Source: Heptranchias perlo (lineage: Eukaryota). From it: a DNA stretch of 64,000 bases. The position numbers were made by a program, and so were the translations under genes. The notes beneath the pieces were generated by a model, which searched no databases, had not been told where the DNA came from, and was given only the letters and a program-made list of their open reading frames with translations. Positions 1 through 11,439 of this stretch are shown in pieces. The stretch spans positions 5,022,001-5,086,000 of the forward strand of contig NW_027139581.1 of the NCBI RefSeq assembly GCF_035084215.1. Direction: 5' to 3'. The stretch's first letter is position 1; the number at the start of each line of letters is the position of its first letter.

Positions 1-146
1 AATTGTAAATTCAAAATAAACTTTTTATAAAAAGCCGAATTTAAATGCATTTCTAAAAGCAGTGGAAACTTAAATAAACAGTCTTTAAAAAGGAGTGTAA
101 AATAAAATGAACTGTTTTTGAAAAGGCTGTTTTTACACTGAGAAAA

Positions 147-1130
147 ATGATGGAACAGCAAAAGATGAATGAGAAGAGGTGAAACAAATGTTGTGATGAA
201 GACCTCTACACACTCCTCAATGAGGTTGAGGTGAGGCTTCGGCGGCTTCTGGGGAACGGAAGTCTCGGGCGGCACAGAAAGTTAGCGTGTTGGTGTGGAA
301 GGAGGTGGCACAGGTTCTGAGCACGAACAGCACCGTGTCACGGAGAGCGGAACAGGGCCGCAAAAAATCAATGATTTAATGCAGTCGGCCAGGATGTATA
401 GAGCGTTTTTGAAATTCAAAAGTTCAGATTTAATTGTGCTGAGTTTTCCGAATGCACAAACACAGGGTGTTTCTGGGTGGTGTGATCAAGGTTCAATCCA
501 ATGGCAACTGGTCGTAAAACTCATTTGCCATTGTGGACGGGCCTCACTAAATGCTTTTCGAGATCTTTTATCCCTACTCCAGAGATTTGAGGTGTTAAAT
601 TACAATTAGTGAATTAGACCCTGTCTCCAAACCCCCAACTTATCTCTCTCACACAAACAAGCACAAACTGATTTTTGTTGTTCAATGTCCTGTCGTGTAA
701 AATGGCTTTTAACAACCGTGAGAGGTCGAAGACCGGCGGCGGTTCAGCCTTTATGAGGGAGATGACCGAGCATGAAGAAAGGGCCACTCAGCTGCAGGGC
801 AACACTTCCAGTTTAGTGCCTGGTGCCCGATCAGACACTGGAGCGAGGAAAGGTGAGTTTCACATTCCTCTATTGGCCAGCTGCATGTTTAAAACCTGCG
901 TGTTGTCTGAAGGATGGGAAAAGGAGATTCGAGTCTGACCATGCTCGTGCAGCGTGTGGGCGTCTGTGATGTGACCGATGAACATGCTTCACCAGTGGAA
1001 CATTTTGTTCTTCCTTCCCACAGGTTCACAGCCGTCTGAGGACACTCGGGCTGCAGAAGGTGGAGAGTCGGCGGCGGCAGAGGGTGATGGTGTTTGGGCT
1101 GCAGAGAGTGATGGTCTTTGTGCTGCAGAG
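147..1130 (+). pseudogene. PIF/Harbinger-type Myb/SANT (NAIF1/MSANTD-like) DNA-binding protein gene remnant, about 3 exons
   Basis: Manual translation gives MMEQQKMNEKR*NKCCDEDLYTLLNEVEVR, then a frameshift to VWKEVAQVLSTNSTVSRRAEQGRKKINDLMQSAR, then KMAFNNRERSKTGGGSAFMREMTEHEERA. These are the Myb/SANT W..VA / R..EQ.RKK..DL and R..TGGG motifs. GTGAGT donor at ~852 and CCCACAG acceptor at ~1023. In-frame TGA plus frameshift indicate a pseudogene. Confidence 0.75.
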
Positions 1131-1313
1131 GGAAAAAAATCAGGGCTACGGGGGGGGGGGGGGGGGTGGGCAGTGGGAATAACTGGAATGCTCTTGCATG
1201 GAGCCGGCACGGACCGAATGGCCTAATCGCCTCCTTCCGTGCTGTCACCTTTCCATGTTTCTCTGATGCAAATTGAAGAAGATTTAAAGTGAGCAGTATC
1301 AAAATGCAACAAC

Positions 1314-1396
1314 TACCAGGAGTGGGGTACGAACCCACGCGGGTATAAACCCATAGGAGTTCAAGTGCAACGCTTTAACCACTCGGTCATCCTGGT
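1314..1396 (-). pseudogene. tRNA-Leu(TAA)-derived pseudogene (anticodon now TGA)
   Basis: Reverse complement ACCAGGATGACCGAGTGGTTAAAGCGTTGCACTTGAACTCCTATGGGTTTATACCCGCGTGGGTTCGTACCCCACTCCTGGTA (83 nt) aligns end to end with vertebrate tRNA-Leu-TAA. It has two anticodon-stem mismatches and an altered T-loop (GTTCGTA). Confidence 0.85.
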
Positions 1397-1439
1397 CGTT
1401 TCACAGTTTGGCGTGGTGTGTAATATTCTTGAGTCTCAC

Positions 1440-3765
1440 TGCTTCATTTTCATTGTCAGTCAAAGTCCAGGATGAAATGATGTGTGGAGCGGGGAAAGTG
1501 TGACAGAGAGAAACTCTGAAAAGCGTTGAAGAAGTGACACACACGCTCAGACACATGACACACACAGCCAGGTACACCTCCATGTGTGAGTGTGTGATGT
1601 GTCTGTCCGTGCGATCCCCGTCCGTGCCGGCTTCAATTTTTAATGAAATGACCCATTTGATGTCAGTTTGTTGAACTTTCCACGGGCCACTGTTGAAAGA
1701 AGACTCACCGTTCACATTTCCATCTCTCTGTTGGTTAAGATCCAGAATAAAGTGATGTGGGGTGCGAGGAAAAGAGTGGGAAAGAGAGACACTCAGAAAG
1801 AGAGAGAGACACTGGGACAGAAAGAGACTCTCTCGGTCTGTCTGAGTCTGTGTCAGTCTCTCTCCCTCCATCTGTCCAATACTCGCAGATTTGAGAATCA
1901 CAGGGTCAAAGAAGGAAACAGATTGGAACACATTGAGCCTGTGTCCTGTTTCAAAACCGACTCCCAGGAAAACGGCTCCGGTTGAATCGTTAAATGGTCC
2001 AAGTTTTTCCGGCAAGTTTGACCTCCTCCCTGAGATGGCGAGACACGGGGACGTGGGGCGATTAAAAGGCTTCGGAAAAATCATTTCCAATTGGATATTC
2101 TCCATCGTGGTGAGATATCCCCCCTCAGCCAGGGATTTAGTTCCCCGACGGGGAGGAAGCATTTTTAAGACGCCAACGACAAATTTTACTTCTTTGCCTC
2201 GCTTCGTCTTCAAAAGCGACAGAGAAAAATAGAACAGAAAATGAATGAAACAGGTGATTGTCACTTTCAGAATATTATTGAGCGGAGACTGTTTGGGGAC
2301 TGAATTCTTGGGGCCCGTCTGTTGCAGAGCACAAATGTGATCCGATCTGTTTCCTTCTTTGACCATGTGATTCTCAGATCTGCGGGTATTAGAGAGAGGG
2401 AGGGGGAGAGACAAACAGACAGAGAGAGAGAGATACAGAGAGAGAGAGGGAGAGAGACAAAGACTGATCCTGAGAGACACCTTGAAACATGAAGGTGGGG
2501 GGAGAGATTTAACGTTCATTCCTGTGTGTGTAATATACCTGTTTGTGTGTGTGTCTCACTTTTTCCAACGTTTTCTGAGTGGTTCTCTCTTTCTCTGTCT
2601 TTCTCTCTCTGTCACTCTCTCCCGCGCTCCCCACATCACGTTATTCTGGACCTTGACGAACAGAGAGATGGAAATGTGAAAGGTCAGTCTTCTTTCAACA
2701 GTGGCCCGTGGAAACCAGGGTTCAATTTCCCGACCGGGAGGTTATTGTTTTTTTGCCTTTAAAAGCTTCACTTTCATTTCTCTCGCAATTTATCTCCAAG
2801 TGGAGGTTTACCAGAAAGATCCCACATACAACAATGAAATGGATGGTCAGTCAATCTGCGTTTTGGTGGTGTTAGTTGAGGGAGGAAAGATAACTTCCTT
2901 AATAATGGATTCTAACATTTTCATTTTAGGCACAGACACACACAGCCATGTACACAGGCAGACACTGATACACCGATAGATACTCACACACAAAGGTACA
3001 CACACTGAGAGACAGACACACACAAAGGTACACAGACAGAGAGACAGACACACACAAAGGTACACAGACAGAGAGACAGACACACACAAAGGTACACAGA
3101 CAGAGAGACAGACACACACAAAGGTACACAGACAGAGAGACAGACACACACAAAGGTACACAGACAGAGAGACAGACACACACGCGTAGATTGAAACGCA
3201 GAGATGAAAGGTCATCAAATAAATGGATAAAATAGGTTCACTGAAATTTGAAGCGTGTCTAACGCCGTCTCTGGTGAGTGTCCTTTCTGTGGCCACGTCG
3301 GCTCCTCGTTAATACAGTGCTGAGTATCCCCGCCTGTCACTCGGGGGACCGCGGGTCAATTCGCCCGACGGGGAGATTATACATTTGCTGCTTTTAAATG
3401 GTTCGCATTCATTTCTCTTGCAGTTTTCTGAGTGCTTCTGTGTCTTTCCTTCTCTCTGTCACTCTTTCCTCATCCCCAACAGCATTTTAGTCAGGACTTT
3501 GACTGACAAAGTGATGAAAAATGACACAGAGCCGCAGAACTGGTCCAGTTGTCAGCCGTCGCTCAGTGGGGAGCACTCTCGGCAGCGAGCACACAATCTG
3601 CTGAAAGAAGGCTTGTCTTTCGCATTTCAATCTCTTTGTCAGTAAAGATGAAATGATGTGGGGAGCGGGGGAAAGAGTGACAGAGGGAAAGAACGATAGA
3701 GAGACACTCGGAAAAGCTTTGAAGAAGTGAGACACACACAGACAGACACATGAGACACACAGCCA
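1440..3765. repeat. Locally multiplied ~150-280 bp unit in both orientations, including a large imperfect inverted repeat
   Basis: Motif CTCTGTCACTCT..CCC.GCTCCCCACATCA..TT..CTGGAC.TTGAC..ACA is seen on minus at ~1445, ~1700-1830 and ~3630-3760, and on plus at ~2600-2700 and ~3450-3520. Confidence 0.75.
2931..3183. repeat. 32-bp minisatellite (CAGACAGAGAGACAGACACACACAAAGGTACA)n, ~6 copies plus degenerate flank
   Basis: Direct tandem repetition; the ORF translations repeat every 32 aa (3 units). Confidence 0.9.
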
Positions 3766-4628
3766 TCATAGAATCTAAGAAAATTTGCGGCACAGAAGGA
3801 GGCCATTCGGCCCATCGTGTCCACGCCATCTGAGAAACGAGCCACCAAGCCGAATCCAACCTTCCCGCATTTGGTCTGTTGCCCTGCAGGTCACGGCTCT
3901 TCAGGTGCACATCCAGGTATTTTTGAAATGAGTTGAGGGTTTCTGCCTCTATCACCCTCTCAGGCAGTGAGTTCCAGATCCCCACCACATTCTGGGTGGA
4001 AATGTTTTCCACATTTCCGCTCTAATCCTTCTACCAATCACTTTAAATCTATGCCCCCTGGTTAATGAACCCTCCGTTAATGGAAATAAGTCCTTCCTAT
4101 CCACTCTATCAAGGCCCCTCATAATTTTGTACACCTCAATCAAATCTCCCCTCAGCCTCCTCTGTTCCAAGGAAAACAACCCCAGCCCATCCAATCTGTC
4201 ATCATAGCTAAAATTCTCCAGTCCTGGTAACATCGTTCTAAATCTCCTCTGCACCCTCTCTAATGTAATTACATCCTTCCTGTAATGTGGTGACCAGAAC
4301 TCTGCGCAGTACTCAAGCTGTGGCCTAACTAGTGTTTTATACAGTTCCAGCATAACCTCCCTGCTTTTATATTCTATGCCTCCTCTAATAAAGGAAAGTA
4401 TCCCGTATGCCTTCTTAACCACCTTATCTACCTGTCCTGCTACCTTCAGGGATCGGTGGACATGCACTTCAAAGTCCCTCAATTCCTCGACACCTTTCAG
4501 TATCCTCCCATTTATTGTGTATTCCCTTGCCTTGTTTGCCCTCCCCAATTGCATTAACTTTACACTTCCCTGGACTGAACTCCATTTGCCACCTATTTGC
4601 CCACCTGACCAGTCCATTCATATCTTCC
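3765..4628 (-). mobile_element. CR1 LINE 3' fragment (RT C-terminus plus 3' UTR)
   Basis: ORF 3952-4617 LYKTLVRPQLEYC..FWSP..LERVQRR..LEQRRLRGDLIEVYK; 3' tail ..TTCTATGAT. Confidence 0.9.
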
Positions 4629-4639
4629 TGCTTTCGTTT

Positions 4640-6110
4640 TCCAAAATTCACTGGATACAGGCGTATTGCCAGAGGATTGGAGGACTGCTAATGTTGCACT
4701 GTTGTTTGAAAAGGGACCGAAAGATAGGCCAGTCATTCTCACCTCGTGGTTGGCAAATTATCGGAATCAATTCTGAAGGACAGGATAAACTGTCATTTAA
4801 AAGGACAGTCAAGGACAGTCAGCACGGATTTGTTAACGGGAGGTTGCGTCTGACTGACTTGATTGAATTTTTCGAGGAGGTGACCGGGAGGATCGATGGG
4901 GGTAGCGCAATTGATGTAGTGTACATGGATTTTAGGATGGCTTTTGACAAGGTCCCACATGGCAGATTGGTCAAAAAAGTAAAGGCCCATGGGATCCAAG
5001 GGAATGTGGCAAATTGGATCCAAAATTGGCTCAGTTGCAGCGAGGAAAGGGTTAACGTCGACGGGTGTTTTTGTGACTAGAAGGCTGTTTCCAGTGGGGT
5101 GCCGCAGGGCTCCGGTATTAGGCTCTTTGCTTTTTCTTGTGCACATTAACGATTTGGACTTAAACGTAGGGGGCATGATTAAGAAATTTGCGGATGACAC
5201 AAAGATATGCCGTGCGGTTGATAGTGAGGAAGAAAGCTATAGACTGCAGGAAGATATCAATGGACTGGTCAGATGGGCAGAAAAGTGGCAAATGGAATTC
5301 AATCCGGTGAAGTGTGAGGTAATGCATTTGGAAAGGGCAAACAAGGCAAGGGAGTACACAATAAATAGGATGATACTGAGAGGTGCAGAGGAATTGAGGG
5401 ACCTTGGAGTGCATGTCCACAGATCTCTGAAGGTAGCAGGACAGGTGGATATGGTGGTTAAAAAGACATACGGAATGCTTCGCTTTATTAGCCGAGGCAT
5501 AGAATGCAAAATCATGGATGTTATGTTAGAACTGTATAAAACACTAGTTAGGCCACAGCTTGAGTACTGCGCACAGTTCTGGTCACCAAATTACAGGAAG
5601 GATGTAATTGCACGAGAGAGGGTGCAGAGGAGATTTAGTAGGATGTTGCCAGGATTGGAGAATTTTAGCTATGATGACAGATTGGATAGGCTGGGGTTGT
5701 TTTCCTTGGAAAAGAGGAGGCTGAGGGGTGATTTGATTGAGGTGTACAAAATTATGAGGGGCCGAGATAGAGTGGATAGGAAGGACCTATTTCCCTTGGC
5801 GGAGGCGTCAAAAAGCAAGGAGCATAGATTTAAAGTGATTGGTATTACTTTTAGGATTAGAGCGGAAATGAGGGAAAAAAAAATTCACCCAGACGTTGGT
5901 GGGGGTCTCGAACTCACTGCCTGAAAGAGTTGTTTGAGGCAGAAACCCTTAACTCATTTCAACAATACCTGGATGTGCACCTGAAGAGCCGTGACCTGCA
6001 GGGCTACGGACCAAATGCGGGAAAGTGGGATTAGGCCGGGTGTCTCGGTTCTCAGCCAGTGCAGACAGGAAAGGCCGAATTGCCTCCTTCTGTGCCATAA
6101 ATTTTCAATG
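4640..6110 (+). mobile_element. CR1 LINE, 5'-truncated (RT domain to 3' end)
   Basis: QHGF..CLT.L, VVYMDF..AFDKVPH, KFADDTK and RRLRGDLIEVYK motifs in ORFs 4376-5080 and 4989-5924. Confidence 0.92.
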
Positions 6111-6989
6111 CTTCGATAAACAATAAAATGTTTTGAGATATTGAAGCAGACTGTAAATATTGTATTGGACATTGAAATTCCTCCAGAGCCGATGAATGAG
6201 ATGAAGTGGTAAAATAATGGGATAACACTGGAACAGAACAGGGGGTTGAAATTAAAGTAAAGAGGGGCACAGATATTTGGATTTTCAATGTAAAGGGTGA
6301 GGTTCCTTTGAGTTAACAATTAAATTGGGCTGGGGGGAAATAATACTCAGCAAAAAATTATCCATAAGGTGGATATTAGCAACAGGATAACTGGAGAATC
6401 TTTAAAATCCATGATTTCTTGATAATATGGCACACTTTAATTTCCTGTACAGGGTATTATGATTTTCTTTGTCTATATCATAATGTATAATATTAACCCA
6501 ATGAAACTTGGAGCAATATGTACTTGTATATCTGTGCTTATGTAAATCTGATGATGATAAAATATAAACTCAGGATGATCTTAGGCAGCCAAGGAGAAAG
6601 TTGAGGGTTAAAGTGAAAATTGAACCAGAGTGGTTTCACTCAGGTTCAAGAGGAGGGACTTTAAGAATATGGTTTAAAACTAGTTAAGTGTCCCACCTCG
6701 CATAGCTCGCATAGCGCCCGAGACATTTAGCAAGAGGGTGATGTTGAGGGGGGCATGGTTCAGCGTCTCAAGAGATGTGGGAACCAATGACCTCCGCATT
6801 CCTCAGAGGAACAAATAGCTTGTAAACAGCGATAAAGGTTAATAACTACTCATATCGGAATCACGTGGAAGTAATTATTGGAGGATTAAAAACCCCTTTG
6901 TTGCCACAGTAACAGAAAAATCTGCTAATATTGTGTATCATTTGTCGTTCGGGTTCTAATTATTTGTGGTGCATTGACCACATTAAACA

Positions 6990-7665
6990 GCTGACTGTTC
7001 GCAAACTTGGCGCCCGATTTGACCCTCGGCTGAGCTTCCAACCTCATGTCGTCTTCATCACCAAGACCGCCTACTTCCACCTCCGTCACATCGCCCGTCT
7101 CCGCCCTTGCCTCAGCTATCCATGTCTTTGTTACCAATAGACTCAACTATTCCATTGATCTCCTGGATTATCTCGCACGTTGCACCCTCTGTAAACTTGA
7201 GCTCATCCAAAACTTTGTTGCCCATATCCTATCTCGCACCAAGTCCCGTTCACCCATCACCCCTGTACTCGCTGACCCACATTGGCTCCCAATCCAACAA
7301 TGCTTCTATGGCCTCACCCCTCCCTTTCTTTGTAACTTCCTCCAGCACTAAAACCCCCTGAGATCTCTGTTCCTCTTGCGCATCCCCGATTTTAATCGCT
7401 CCACCATTGGCGGTCGTACCTTCGGCTGTCTACGCCCTACACTGTGGAGTTCCCTCCCTAAACCTCTCTGCTTCTCTATCTCTCTCTCCTCCTTTAAGAT
7501 GCTCCTTAAAACCTTCCTCTTTGATTAAGCTTTTGGTCACCTGTCCCAATATCTCCTTATGTGTCTTGGTGACAAGTTGTGATTGATAATCGCTTCTGTG
7601 AAGCGCCTTGTGGCGTTTTATTGCGTTAAAGGCGCCATATAAATGCAAGATGTTGTTGTTTTTAT
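6990..7665 (+). mobile_element. L2-type LINE 3' fragment
   Basis: [36 protein letters not shown]2 motifs; tail AAGCGCCTTG..AAAGGCGCCATATAAATGCAAG(TTG)n. Confidence 0.8.
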
Positions 7666-8191
7666 TGTTAACAGAATTTAGCATGTGACTGCGGCGGACT
7701 ATAACGTGAGAGGTGACTGCGAGGTGCGCCTGGTCACTGCACAGTCATTTCGCCTCTGGAGCTTGACATGAAAAGATAGAGGTCGCTTTTCACTGATGGG
7801 ACACTAGGTGGCGCAGTGGGTCCTTAACTGAAGGGTCCTGGGTTCAAACACAACCCAAACAGGACGGATGCAAAATATCTGTCAGGGAAAAAGAATTGAG
7901 ATCGGCAAAATGTAACAATGTGGCTTAATCTTGGAGAAAGAAATTCAGCAAAGTCCAAATTAGTCCATTTGTCATTCAAGATTTATTAACAATTTAAAGT
8001 TTACAATTTACAAAGAAGTTTTAAAAAGTTAACACGAACTGAATGTAACAACTCAGTGTCACATTGAGAATAGAACAGAGCCGGTCTGAGCTGCCAGCTG
8101 TCTGCACAACTGCAACAGACAGCAGAGAAGGAAAACAGAGGCTCAACATAAAGGGAAGGAAACAATTGTGGATAAGAAATGAGAAAAATTA

Positions 8192-8197
8192 TTTATT
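8192..8197 (-). terminator. Poly(A) signal for the membrane-form IgM transcript
   Basis: AATAAA on minus ~260 nt downstream of the TM2 stop. Confidence 0.6.
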
Positions 8198-8456
8198 TAC
8201 ACATGAATTATTAAAACAAAGGTGAAAGGGGACTCAAACTCTAAGAATCATTTACATTAGAGCGATGGTTATCTCACACATTAATAAACATTTCAATCAG
8301 AAAGACGGAAATCCCGTTGATGTTTTTCTCAGCTATAGATGTCGATATATTAACTGACGGCGTTTTACTTTGAGAATCACCAGGAGGAATTCTTCTTTTC
8401 ATAATACAGAGAGGTTAATAAACAGATGTGCAAAATCCACGCCGAAATTCAACCGA

Positions 8457-8465
8457 TCACTTTAC
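8457..8465 (-). CDS. IGHM: IgM TM2 exon coding part (VK*), completes the KVK cytoplasmic tail
   Basis: TTTTACAG|GTA AAG TGA, phase 0, matching the TM1 donor. Confidence 0.9.
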   Translation of the reverse strand, partial: VK

Positions 8466-8604
8466 CTGTAAAAGAGGGATAAAAGAATGAAGCAGATATT
8501 TAGTGGTCCGTGCATTTATCTCAGGGTTTTTATGAATGAAACTTTTCGAGGTTTCTCAAACCGCTTCATTCAGATCAAAGTGTCACTGGATTGAATCTTC
8601 TCAC

Positions 8605-8732
8605 CTTCACCAGAGTGACGACAGCGCTGTAGAAAATGCTCAGGAAGAACAGAATGATGAATGTGGAAGCGGTTGTCCAGATGTTGCCGCTCTCTTCCTC
8701 ATAGTCTTCAACCCAGACCTGGTTTATGGAAT
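8605..8732 (-). CDS. IGHM: IgM TM1 exon (DSINQVWVEDYEEESGNIWTTASTFIILFFLSIFYSAVVTLVK)
   Basis: CART motif WTTASTFIILF.LS.FYS..VTL.K; acceptor CCCCGTAG and donor AAG|GTGAGA. Not in the ORF track; read manually. Confidence 0.95.
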
Positions 8733-10139
8733 CTACGGGGATGGAGAGGAGGAAATATATTCAGATCGTTTATTAAACCAGGATATATTATTATTATTAG
8801 TTTATTTCTTTCCTTACTGTATTATTTTGATCTCTAATTTAATTTCCAAGTTGTATATTTTGTTCAGTTAATCCCGCTCAGTAATCTGTCTCTGTTCCTA
8901 ACTTCACAACCTCGCTTCCTTTATGATCCTCATACATTCCGTGTTGGTAAAGGTGATTTTTTTTTCTTAAATGTCAGACACTAATGTATTTTCAATCGAT
9001 TTCGTAGACCTTTCATTCGGGGATATTATGGTGAGATATCGAGGGAGGTTCAGTGATTTATGTCGATTATTTTATCGATAGGTTTCGATAACTCCTATTT
9101 GACGGCTGGCATGGTGCAGGGTAAGAGATCGAATGTTAGTTCCAATCTTGGTCGTTTATTTGTGATGGAAATACTTTGAAGATTATCTATCTGGATCAGT
9201 TTCCAACTGAGATCATTGCTTCAGTGCATGTATACGACCGGAATAGGGAGCAGGAAGATGTTATGGTATCAAAGTTTCTCAGAATACCAAGAACTGGGTT
9301 TTAGAAAATCAGTCAATTTAGTATATTTTTAACGATCAGTTGAGTGAGATTAGTTAATTTTCCCACTTCAGGATATGAACGTGGCTTTTCCCGGCTGTCA
9401 GAAATTCTGACCGCTCTGGGCACGGCCTGTGACAATGAACGACCACCTGCTCTGGAATATTGATCTCCAGCGGTTTCTAATGTGCTCTGTTTCAGGGCAA
9501 TCGTTATCACCTCAAAGACGAGGTCAATGTAGTTTGGATTATTGACGCCACACCTCTCATCTCAAGTTTAGTCAGGCAATGTTTTCTCAATCCCCCTGAA
9601 TAGATATTTTTATTCATAAATATTTATTTAATACGTTGATTTATTTGATGTAAAGCAACGTTTATATTTGCAGACCATGTGGTTCTGTTATTTAGAAACT
9701 GACTGCCCGCTGGTCCCGGGGGTTCGTGTACAACAGAAGGGCAGTGTCTGTCTCTCTTTCATGAGGACAGGAGAGATGGTCTGTGCCGACCAATGCCCTT
9801 CCGTCACTACTGCCTGGATTCAATGCAGTGAAGAAAGAAATCCAACATTTAATTTGATAGAAATTACCCACTGAATGTTGTTTTAACGGTCTTCTGTTAA
9901 ATTAGTTGGAGTGGCCTCACACTAGTTCCCAACGGGCATCATCTAACAGCTCAAAACTGGCTTCAATCGGAAGAAATCGGTGTAATGACGAAGAGAAGCC
10001 GCAATGTATTGTTTTTGTGGGAATTGGAAACAGCCATTGTATTGTGTTTGGAAGCGGTTTTCTTATGTTCGGGTTAAGGGGTCTGGTAGTGGAAGCACCT
10101 TTCGTCTGCATTTAGCTTGTGCTGTAAATAAGCTGGAAG

Positions 10140-10522
10140 GGCGGAATATAGAAGGTTTAGGGGTGATTTGAATGAGATTTTTAAGATTTTGAAAGGAATT
10201 GATAGGGTAGATAGAGAGAAACTTTTCCCGCTGGCGGGGGAGTCTAGGACAAGGGGACATAACCTTAAAATCAGAGCCAGGCCATTCAGGAGAGAAGTTC
10301 GGAAACATTTCTTCACACACCGGGTGGGAGAAGTGTGGAACTCTCTCCCACAAAAAGCAGTCGATGCTCAATTAATAATTTTAAAGCTGATTTATTTTTG
10401 CTGACCAAGGGTATTAAGGGATCTGGAGCCAAGGCGGGTGGATGGAGTTCGGATACAGATCAGCCATGATCTCAATGAATGGGGGAACAGGCTCGAAGGG
10501 CTGAATGGCCTCCTCCTGTTCT
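10140..10522 (+). mobile_element. CR1 LINE 3' end, antisense in the Cmu4-TM intron
   Basis: FKILKGIDRVDREKLFPL..FFTHRV..WNSLP and the CR1 3' UTR GGCTCGAAGGGCTGAATGGCCTCCTCCTG. Confidence 0.88.
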
Positions 10523-10635
10523 TGCGTTCCAACGGAATGTTGGCGCATTGGGGCTCCAAAGGGAACATATCCTGCTCCCGACCAACAAAAATAATTCAAT
10601 TCCCATACATTTGACTCGTTACCAGAAAAAGGGTC

Positions 10636-10641
10636 TTTATT
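10636..10641 (-). terminator. Poly(A) signal for the secreted-form IgM transcript
   Basis: AATAAA on minus ~35 nt after the tailpiece stop. Confidence 0.8.
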
Positions 10642-10674
10642 TGCTTTTAATTAAGGAATGGAAATGAGATAATC

Positions 10675-11066
10675 TCATTGACAAGAATTCACGGTGTCCA
10701 TCAGTACAAGGGAAATGTTCACAAAACTCGGTTTACCGCTCGATTTATTAACCGTTCTGCTCATTATCTTCAAGGGAATGGCTTCATGTCCGACCACACA
10801 GGAGTAAGAAGCACCGCTGGTCCAATCCTCCGTCTTAATGGATAACATGCTGTACATGAAGAAGGAGCTACTGTCGTTCTCCGCCATCACCTCAGTGTTC
10901 TTGTAGCCGCTGGAATTCAGCGTCTTGTTATTAACGGTCCACTTGACAAAGATCTCTCTGGGAGAGAAACCTCTCACTAAGCAGGTGAGGGTCATAGACC
11001 GCTGAGCGGAGATTTCTTCTGCTAACGGGAGGAGGACAAACACAGACGGTTCATGTGGATTTGGAT
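10675..11066 (-). CDS. IGHM: IgM Cmu4 exon plus secretory tailpiece (..[23 protein letters not shown])
   Basis: [31 protein letters not shown] shark Cmu4; tailpiece with N-x-S and penultimate Cys; acceptor CTGCAG at 11067; internal donor AGC G|GTAAAC at 10737/10736 for the TM splice. Confidence 0.97.
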
Positions 11067-11439
11067 CTGCAGAACAAAATGTTTGGATATTAATATGTGA
11101 AAGGCGTTCATAGAGGGAATAAAGCGCAGCTTTAGATTGTGAAGATTCACTTTGCACTCGGAGATATCGTTCCCTTGCCTAATTTTAAAAACTCTGTTTG
11201 TTGCTTTGTGCACGAGTCACTTAAGGTGACATCTCTCCTCTCCTCTACTCTACGTGCCTTGAGAAGGCCATCGTTTGAGAAATGTAACTGAGTGGCTTGT
11301 AGATAATTTGAGAGGACAACTCCATCGTCCCGGAGCAAAGCCACACGTGGCGAAGATCGCATAGGGGTGATAGCCTCCCTTCGGATATGGACAGTGAAAG
11401 GACAATGGAAAAGAGTTCGGATTTTTAACGTTCAGTTCA

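Noticed and set aside
1401-2519. 372-aa ORF
   Set aside because: It runs through inverted repeats and CT microsatellite, with no recognisable domain.
7800-7870. tRNA-like A/B boxes (GGTGGCGCAGTGG..GGTTCAAAC)
   Set aside because: Too short and no cloverleaf; probably a decayed SINE head.
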